A stretch of DNA of 58,980 bases from a bacterium (GTDB taxonomy: Bacteria > Patescibacteriota > Minisyncoccia > Moranbacterales > UBA2206), in NCBI GenBank assembly GCA_030654225.1, contig JAURXY010000027.1, positions 1 through 58,980 of the forward strand, written 5' to 3'. This document shows positions 8,186-15,124 of the stretch, piece by piece (within the stretch, counting starts at the first letter, position 1; every line of letters starts with the position of its first letter). The notes beneath the pieces were generated by a model, which was given only the letters and a program-made list of their open reading frames with translations, had not been told where the DNA came from and did not search any database. Both the position numbers and the translations under genes were made by a program.

Positions 8186-8938
8186 TTATTTATTTTCCAG
8201 TAGATCTCCCGCTCCTCTCCACGCCAACTCAAAAATCGCTTTTTGGGAGCGGGTGATTTCTTCGGATTCGATAATCATCCCAAACATTTCTGTGCCATAG
8301 CTAGCAATGGCGATTTTGTTTTTGTAGATATTAGTTTCATTAGAAACAGGAAAATCTTTTTCGCTAAGAATTTTCACTTCGCGGAGTTGCTCTGCATTAT
8401 TTTCCATATACTTTTCAATTCCAGAAAAATGCTTATAGATCCCTCGAATTCGGATGTTTTTTTCAACTCTTCGCGCGATATAATCATTTGTGTAATCTGG
8501 CAGATTCTCCAAAACGCCTTCGCCGACATAGGCCAAAATTTCATCACCCTTCTTGAGACTGCGCAAACTGTCTTCATACATTTCCTTAATTCCTTCCGCC
8601 CCTTCGAAATAGCGAATGAAAGGTTTTGTTTTGGGCGAGTTATATAAATTTTGCAAACTTGGCATTATGGAATTTATCCTTTCCTCTTTTTCTTTGAGTT
8701 TCTTGATTAGTATTTCCGGATCAGCCGGAGAAAAATATTTCACATTACCTTTGATGGATTTATAAATCAAACCTTCTTTCATTAGTTGATTAACAATATC
8801 ATAGACAGTTGGACGCTTCAGTCCGACTTTTTTTGCCAGAAGATAGGCCGTCGCTCCGCCCATTTCCAAGCAAGCCAAATAAACTTCCGCTTTTTTGTCC
8901 TCCATTCCAAATTGTCTCAAAATTTCTTTTATTTCCAT
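8186..8938 (-). CDS. TrmB-family transcriptional regulator (paralog 3)
   Basis: AEVYLACLEMG.....LAKK.GLKRPTVY; YFEGAEGIKEMYED; IFELAW. Confidence 0.92.
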   Translation of the reverse strand: MEIKEILRQFGMEDKKAEVYLACLEMGGATAYLLAKKVGLKRPTVYDIVNQLMKEGLIYKSIKGNVKYFSPADPEILIKKLKEKEERINSIMPSLQNLYNSPKTKPFIRYFEGAEGIKEMYEDSLRSLKKGDEILAYVGEGVLENLPDYTNDYIARRVEKNIRIRGIYKHFSGIEKYMENNAEQLREVKILSEKDFPVSNETNIYKNKIAIASYGTEMFGMIIESEEITRSQKAIFELAWRGAGDLLENK

Positions 8939-8947
8939 ACTTTTTTG

Positions 8948-8983
8948 CCCCCTCTCCTTTACAAGGAGAGGGTTGGGGTGAGG
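8948..8983. repeat. GC-rich REP-like hairpin in the 5' UTR of TrmB paralog 3
   Basis: CCCTCTCCTT-TAC-AAGGAGAGGG followed by TTGGGGTGAGG; GC-rich in an AT-rich context. Confidence 0.6.
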
Positions 8984-9182
8984 TTTATTCGTAATTTTCC
9001 GACTACTGAATATATAATAGCATAACTAGCCTAAAAGTCAATATATAAAGGCTTTATTATATTATTTAACAACAGCCTTAAATATGTTATGACGGTAAAT
9101 ATTGAATATCTCTATTAGAAGTGTATAATGGACAGTTCCGGTTCATTGACAATTAAAAACAATTCAAATAGGAGGTCCTAAA

Positions 9183-9767
9183 ATGAGCATAAAAAAAGAG
9201 ATTGCTCGCGAAGTCTTAAAGGATATTGGGAGGATTATTAAATTAAAAATAGATAATCTTCTTAAATTACTTTGTAAGGCTTTATACCCCGTATGCGGTA
9301 ACTTATCCAATAACATTCAAAGTAAATTAGAGGGATTATTGGGGCACGAATATTATGATGCGAAGAAAGCGTTTAATGTAAGTTTGAAAATAAATAAGTT
9401 TATTTATTCTCTTTCGGCGGGAGCATTTATGGGATATGACATTAGTAAAATTCCCATAAAAGAATTTGTGAATAACGACCTATTAAAACCAGAGCCTGCT
9501 CGCGGGTTCGAAATAGTTATTTTTGCTATTTGCACAGCAACTGTATTTTTAGGTATCGGCTTGCTCGAAGATTGCATAAGGAAACAAATTAGCAAAGATA
9601 ATCGAGAAAATTGGAACGGAGTAGGAGTTTCTGCTTCCTTGGTGGGGAAAATTATTTCTCTTCCGTTCGACATCGCCACGCTTTGTTCAGATTATTACTA
9701 CCATAACATCTTAGATTATTTATGGATGGTTGAATACAGGATAAAAAACAAGGAGAAGAAAAAATGA
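9183..9767 (+). CDS. hypothetical membrane protein
   Basis: SD AGGAGGT; hydrophobic segments; divergent from TrmB paralog 3. Confidence 0.7.
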   Translation: MSIKKEIAREVLKDIGRIIKLKIDNLLKLLCKALYPVCGNLSNNIQSKLEGLLGHEYYDAKKAFNVSLKINKFIYSLSAGAFMGYDISKIPIKEFVNNDLLKPEPARGFEIVIFAICTATVFLGIGLLEDCIRKQISKDNRENWNGVGVSASLVGKIISLPFDIATLCSDYYYHNILDYLWMVEYRIKNKEKKK

Positions 9768-10114
9768 AATTTCCATGGTGGCATTATATGTTCTTAGTGA
9801 TTTTTTGGATTAATATCATGTTTCCAATAAACCACTATTTATTAAGCTACAAAGAGGGGACTTATATTGATATCATAAACAACACTTTTAAGAATGAGAT
9901 TCCTCTTGGATATTCAAAAGTATTCATAAAAAAAGTAATATTTACAGCTTCAAAAGTAGAATATGTTGTTGTTTTTACTGACAATAAAGTGGCTGTATTG
10001 TCATATCGAGATGCCAGGACTATGCACAAAGCCTGGAAAGAGGCACAAGATGATAAGGAGCGGAAAATCAAGGAGAAAATTAGAAGGAAATGCCTTATCG
10101 ATAGATACAAATGA
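9764..10114 (+). CDS. hypothetical protein with N-terminal TM segment
   Basis: ATGA overlap with the upstream gene; SD AGGAG. Confidence 0.7.
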   Translation: MKFPWWHYMFLVIFWINIMFPINHYLLSYKEGTYIDIINNTFKNEIPLGYSKVFIKKVIFTASKVEYVVVFTDNKVAVLSYRDARTMHKAWKEAQDDKERKIKEKIRRKCLIDRYK

Positions 10115-10140
10115 AATTTATACAAACAAGGAGGAGAAAA

Positions 10141-10464
10141 ATGACTGAAGCAACAAAATCAAACATCCTGAAAATTATGAATGCATTCATTTTGGATACA
10201 AATTTTGAAATAGATTGCAATGATACGGAATTTTCCATCAGCATCCATGATTATCATGATTATCAGAATAAATTAGTTATAAACATTCTGTATAATATAA
10301 ATAACGACTATATAGAATGTCAATTAAATACAGACAAAGATGTTTCTCCTGACACGCTATTACCAAGAGTTATAGATATCTTCAATATAGCGAGAGCACA
10401 AGGAATTAAAAAAATTAAATTGAGATCGCTCGATCAGAATATAGAGAATATTGAACTGATCTAA
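10141..10464 (+). CDS. hypothetical protein
   Basis: SD GGAGGAG before ATG 10141 (alternative start 10111). Confidence 0.7.
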   Translation: MTEATKSNILKIMNAFILDTNFEIDCNDTEFSISIHDYHDYQNKLVINILYNINNDYIECQLNTDKDVSPDTLLPRVIDIFNIARAQGIKKIKLRSLDQNIENIELI

Positions 10465-10479
10465 TAATTTTAAAACTCT

Positions 10480-10514
10480 CCCCCAAAGCCATCGCGCTTT
10501 GGGGGTTTTATTTA
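10480..10514 (+). terminator. intrinsic terminator
   Basis: CCCCCAAAGC/GCTTTGGGGG stem plus T-tract. Confidence 0.75.
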
Positions 10515-10629
10515 TTCTAAAAAATGAATAATCAACTTTGTGCATATGGATAGAAAGTAATTATTTTAGAATTAAAAAAATCTGAATTTCTAATTCAGAT
10601 TTTTTTGAAGTTTTTTTCGGGGATTATTC

Positions 10630-10773
10630 TTACAATAATCCGACTGTATTAAAAAGTGTAATTGTGAGAACTGGCACTAGGGCCACGAGGATTGCGAAAT
10701 TCATTTCATTCGCTTCTAATTCCTCAGCTTCCCGCTTTTCACATGTTGGGCATTTGCATTTTGTTTCTCCCAT
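10630..10773 (-). CDS. small membrane protein (47 aa) with N-terminal CxCxxC
   Basis: Not in the ORF track; MGETKCKCPTCEKREAEELEANEMNFAILVALVPVLTITLFNTVGLL*; SD AGGGG; terminator at 10574-10606. Confidence 0.7.
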   Translation of the reverse strand: MGETKCKCPTCEKREAEELEANEMNFAILVALVPVLTITLFNTVGLL

Positions 10774-10903
10774 ATTTTTGTTTTTCCCCTATTTAAAAGG
10801 GTTTATTAATAATTAACTTGTTTTTAATAAATAAAAAAAGCGGTGTTCACCCGCTTCCTTATTTAATATATCTATTATACATCATCCAAGAGCAAAAGTC
10901 AAG

Positions 10904-11593
10904 CTAAATCGCAATATTCAAGAAAGCGTTGATGGCTGTGCCGAGAAAAATGCGCAGAGGTGTAGAAAAAAAGAAAATGAAAAACAACAGTATGGCGAAA
11001 CCAAATTGCTCAAGCATGGCTTGCATTTCAATTCTAACAGGGAAAATAGTAAATAATATTTTGGAACCATCCAATGGAGGAATGGGAATTAAATTAAAAA
11101 AAGCCAAGAAGACATTGATGATCACAATGATAATTAGAATTTCATAAAATATGGTACTTACCGATCCAGAAATTAGCCCAGAAACTGTTGACCATTCATT
11201 GACATTTTCAATAATATCATTCTTGAGGTACATTGGTATAGCGATAAATCTGGCCAAAAGTGCAGCAAGAAGTGCCACTGTCAAATTTATCCCCGGACCA
11301 GCCAGCGCCACTATCATTGGCCCCCATTTTTGATTCTTTAGATTATATGGGTTATATGGCACTGGCTTGGCCCAGCCAAAAGCAAAACCGAAAGAAAGAT
11401 ACATGAAGAGTGGCGCAAAAAACGAGCCCACCATATCCAAATGCTTGAAAGGATTAGCAGTAAGTCTTCCGGCATATTTAGCCGTCGTGTCACCCAATTG
11501 TAGCGCCGCTAGCCCATGAGCCACTTCGTGGATAATCACGCTATAGAGAAGTATTGCGATATAAAAAACAATTAGGACTATTTCATTTAACAT
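10904..11593 (-). CDS. site-2 protease (peptidase M50)
   Basis: HEVAH, AGP..N and FNLIPIPPLDG motifs. Confidence 0.95.
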   Translation of the reverse strand: MLNEIVLIVFYIAILLYSVIIHEVAHGLAALQLGDTTAKYAGRLTANPFKHLDMVGSFFAPLFMYLSFGFAFGWAKPVPYNPYNLKNQKWGPMIVALAGPGINLTVALLAALLARFIAIPMYLKNDIIENVNEWSTVSGLISGSVSTIFYEILIIIVIINVFLAFFNLIPIPPLDGSKILFTIFPVRIEMQAMLEQFGFAILLFFIFFFSTPLRIFLGTAINAFLNIAI

Positions 11594-11631
11594 ATTTAGT
11601 TTGTTTTATTCGCAGTATTCGCATGCATTCG

Positions 11632-11675
11632 CCCGCCTCGCGTCGACGAGCAATCGTCTTGCGAGTCGAGGCGGG
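11632..11675. repeat. GC-rich palindromic element CCCGCCTCG...CGAGGCGGG (copy 1)
   Basis: Identical to 55250-55294 except for one T. Confidence 0.9.
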
Positions 11676-11806
11676 TTGATTCGCATCGCGATCACTTGCT
11701 TTTATTACCCTTATATGCTACATTATATCTTGTAATAAATCAAATCAACCGATTCGGATATTCGTAGATTCGCATCTAATTCGCAGATTCGCATCGGTAC
11801 ATTTTT

Positions 11807-11974
11807 ATGTCTAGAGTATGTGATGTTTGCGGTCGAGGTTCTCAGGTTGGAAACAAGGTGAGCCATTCACAAGTGAAAACTTTGCGAAAATATATGATCA
11901 ACTTGCAAGCCAAAAAAATTGAAGGTAAGTCCCGAAAAGTCTGCACTAAATGCATAAAGACCATGGCTAAATAG
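11807..11974 (+). CDS. rpmB: 50S ribosomal protein L28
   Basis: Not in the ORF track; MSRVCDVCGRGSQVGNKVSHSQVKTLRKYMINLQ...VCTKCIKTMAK*. Confidence 0.95.
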   Translation: MSRVCDVCGRGSQVGNKVSHSQVKTLRKYMINLQAKKIEGKSRKVCTKCIKTMAK

Positions 11975-12037
11975 AAAAAAGAGTTTTAAAAAAATCCCCG
12001 AGAATATCGGAGATTTTTTATTTATCGCAAAGTTTTT

Positions 12038-13117
12038 TTATAGACCTAGAGTTTTAACCAATTGTTTAACAAGAGTACAAACAACAGCTGGGGCCATTAA
12101 ACTATAAACTTCGATTCCCTCATCATCTTTCACTGTGAAAGGTCGTTCTAAGGTTTTAATTTCACCGGTCTTTTCATCGCGTTCATAATAAAATTCAGGA
12201 GTAATTTCATAATCATCAACTGTTTCTTTCGCCACATCGGCTGGCACAGCATTTCTAACCATTCCCTTTACAACGCCATGCAAAGAAAACACCTTGCTGA
12301 TTAATTTGTCATCCATCTCTAATCTTTCTCGAAGTGATTCAATTCCTAAATTATCACCTTCTTTTGCAACCATTCGCACATTATTACATTCTGGATTATC
12401 ACATTTTAAATAGAATTTTTTCTCTTCTTCATCATAACCAACTTCCTTAGTAGCTAATAATTTTAGATTTCTTGGAGTATGACAAATTGGACAAACCACT
12501 CGATATTTCATTCGTTCATCAATAACTGCTTCTGGGATATCAATTGCTAGGAAAATATCTGGGTCTTTTCTATAATCAATAAGTTCTTTAAAAAACATTG
12601 AGTAAGAAATTTGATCAAAGTTTCTTGGAAAACCATCAATAAAGAGTGACTTTTTATCCATTTTGTCAATTTCTCTTTTGACTAATGTCATAATAAATTC
12701 ATCAGGAAGAAGTGTTTTTGTGTCTCTACCAAGTAACGCTTCAATACCCTGTTCAGGAGAGATATATCCTCGATAATTTTCATGCAAATATGCTAATAAT
12801 TCTTTTCTTTCGTTTTCATCTTCCATAGCCGCATGCACATCTCTCACAACATCACCCACAGAAATATGCCCGATCTTATCTTTACCAAAAATTTCCATAA
12901 GTAATTTTGTATAAGTTCCTTTACCAGCATTTTTTTTGCCTAAAAAATAGGCTATAAATGTTTTTCCTTCAGAAAAATATTTTCTCAATTTTTCAATGTC
13001 TCCGCCTACTTTTGCTTCAAAATATTCTTTTCTTTCATCTAAATCAGAAAGATTGAATTTTCTGTCTATGCCTTCCACCTTCGTCTTCTGTAGTGGAAAT
13101 TCCTTTTCATACTTCAT
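12038..13117 (-). CDS. extended adenylate kinase-like nucleoside monophosphate kinase
   Basis: GKKNAGKGT P-loop, HISVGD..R, IDGFPRN..Q, R..R.VCPIC LID-like region. Confidence 0.75.
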   Translation of the reverse strand: MKYEKEFPLQKTKVEGIDRKFNLSDLDERKEYFEAKVGGDIEKLRKYFSEGKTFIAYFLGKKNAGKGTYTKLLMEIFGKDKIGHISVGDVVRDVHAAMEDENERKELLAYLHENYRGYISPEQGIEALLGRDTKTLLPDEFIMTLVKREIDKMDKKSLFIDGFPRNFDQISYSMFFKELIDYRKDPDIFLAIDIPEAVIDERMKYRVVCPICHTPRNLKLLATKEVGYDEEEKKFYLKCDNPECNNVRMVAKEGDNLGIESLRERLEMDDKLISKVFSLHGVVKGMVRNAVPADVAKETVDDYEITPEFYYERDEKTGEIKTLERPFTVKDDEGIEVYSLMAPAVVCTLVKQLVKTLGL

Positions 13118-13216
13118 AATTTTTGACTTTTTAAAATTTAATTAAAAACCTCTCTCAAGGTTATGAGACTATCTTATCAGATATATTCTTTCCTTGCAAA
13201 TCCACTCACAAATAAA

Positions 13217-14230
13217 TTATTCCTCCGCTTTTTCTTGTTCTTTTAGCTTCTCATAAATCTTTTTGTTGATTTCTTTCATGATTTTTGGATCAGCTTTGAG
13301 CGTAGCCTTGGCTGTTTCTCGTCCCACGCCAAGCTTCATTTCACCAAAATTATATGAGTTGCCTTTCTTTTCAATCACTTCAAATTTGACTCCTGTGTCG
13401 AGCACATCTCCTGACGCACTCACGCCTTCGTTATACATGATATCAAACTCACAAGTCTTGAAAGGCGGAGCCACTTTATTTTTGACAATTTTTACTTTTG
13501 TACGGTTGCCCACAATATCTTCGCCTTTTTTGATTTGGGCTGATCTTCTCACTTCAATTCTCACTGACGCATAGAATTTCAGAGCATTGCCTCCCGTTGT
13601 TGTTTCTGGGTTGCCAAACACTACTCCAATTTTCATTCTAATTTGATTGATGAAAATCACAGTGCAATTTGATCTGGCAATAATCGCAGTGAGTTTTCGA
13701 AGAGCCTGCGACATGAGCCTAGCCTGACGCCCCATATGAGAGTCCCCCATATCCCCTTCAATCTCAGCTTTTGGCACCAAGGCTGCTACTGAGTCCACTA
13801 CGATAATACTAATCTCCCCAGAACTCACTAGTGTCTCCACAATGTCCAACGCTTGTTCACCATTATCCGGTTGAGAAATCAAAAGATCATTAATATTAAC
13901 TCCGATTCTTTTAGCATATTCTGGATCAAGGGCATGCTCAGCGTCAATAAACGCGGCCACGCCACCGGCTTTTTGCGCGTTAGCGATGATATGCAAAGTT
14001 AGAGTTGTTTTTCCGCTTGATTCTGGCCCATAAATTTCCACCACTCTTCCGCGTGGAATTCCACCAATGCCCAAAGCAATGTCTAGTGAAATTGCTCCAG
14101 TTGGGATGGAAGCCACATCCACTCTTTTCACGTCCCCCAATTTCATCAGCACTCCTTCGCCAAATTTTTCTCTAATCTCATCAACAACTGCCAGTAATTT
14201 TTTGCCATCCTTTTCGTTTGAATCTTTCAT
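13217..14230 (-). CDS. recA: recombinase RecA
   Basis: [29 protein letters not shown]. Confidence 0.99.
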   Translation of the reverse strand: MKDSNEKDGKKLLAVVDEIREKFGEGVLMKLGDVKRVDVASIPTGAISLDIALGIGGIPRGRVVEIYGPESSGKTTLTLHIIANAQKAGGVAAFIDAEHALDPEYAKRIGVNINDLLISQPDNGEQALDIVETLVSSGEISIIVVDSVAALVPKAEIEGDMGDSHMGRQARLMSQALRKLTAIIARSNCTVIFINQIRMKIGVVFGNPETTTGGNALKFYASVRIEVRRSAQIKKGEDIVGNRTKVKIVKNKVAPPFKTCEFDIMYNEGVSASGDVLDTGVKFEVIEKKGNSYNFGEMKLGVGRETAKATLKADPKIMKEINKKIYEKLKEQEKAEE

Positions 14231-14262
14231 AGACTTTTGTTTAATTATTAGTTTTTATTCCC

Positions 14263-14369
14263 CTACGAATTACGAATTTTTACGAATGTACTAATGTGAA
14301 ATGAATAATTTTTTACTGTCTTATCAAATTATTCGTATTTCGTACATTCGTACCGATTCGTAATTCGTA
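14263..14369. repeat. degenerate ACGAAT/ATTCGT palindromic repeat
   Basis: TACGAATTACGAAT... left arm and ...ATTCGTAATTCGTA right arm. Confidence 0.75.
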
Positions 14370-14414
14370 AAGACTACTGATATTGTATCACTCCGCCAAA
14401 ATCTTGGCAAGAGC

Positions 14415-15122
14415 CTAATTTTCAACTGTACTTTCTTGTGGCTCCTTATAATTAGATTGCACACTCAGGCTCTGTGTAGTCTCTTTTTTGAATTTATTGA
14501 TCGATTTAACATCAATCGTATTTAGTCCTGATTGCAAAGTTAGATTTTCCTTAAACCGACCGTCATCACCCACCAGAATTGGCTGATTGTTTATATATAA
14601 AAGCGCCTCCTTGTCTGTCACGCCCTCAATATAGACTGAATTTCCTTCCACCTGACTATTGTTTTCGGGACTCAAAATGATGAGGCTTGGCGCGTTGGCG
14701 AAAGAATTTATCTCCCCATACAACAAAACCAATCCGGCTAAAACTAAAACAATAATCGCTGAGATAAGAATTTTTCTCGGGGTAAAAATAAAAGGAGAGA
14801 TGTTAATTGGTTTTTCTTTTTTGTCATTTTCTTTTCCATTTTTTTTCAAATTAGCTCGGACTTCTTTTTCTCTTTCATAAATTCGAATAAGTATTTTTTC
14901 GTCCACTCCTAAAAAATCTGCGTAACTTCGCAGAAATCCCTTAACATAAACATCAGCTGGCAACTTATCCCAGACGCCTTCTTCTAGATATTCCAAATAG
15001 GCTGGCTGAATTTTGGTAAACCTCGAAGCTTCCGCAATCGAAGTTCGTTTGTCGCTTCGCAGTTTTTTTAGTTTTTCTCCCAGCGTCAATGTGCCAACGC
15101 TTTTTTTAGTAAAACCATTCAT
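14415..15122 (-). CDS. RodZ-like HTH / TM / Ig-like protein
   Basis: TLGEKLK..R...LE.G....LPA.VYVKGFLRSYA..LG (HTH_25), one TM, beta-rich C-terminus; downstream of ftsK. Confidence 0.8.
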   Translation of the reverse strand: MNGFTKKSVGTLTLGEKLKKLRSDKRTSIAEASRFTKIQPAYLEYLEEGVWDKLPADVYVKGFLRSYADFLGVDEKILIRIYEREKEVRANLKKNGKENDKKEKPINISPFIFTPRKILISAIIVLVLAGLVLLYGEINSFANAPSLIILSPENNSQVEGNSVYIEGVTDKEALLYINNQPILVGDDGRFKENLTLQSGLNTIDVKSINKFKKETTQSLSVQSNYKEPQESTVEN

Positions 15123-15124
15123 AG

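Noticed and set aside
3324..10514. Integron cassette array
   Set aside because: No IntI and no recognisable attC sites; the modules carry their own promoters and regulators.
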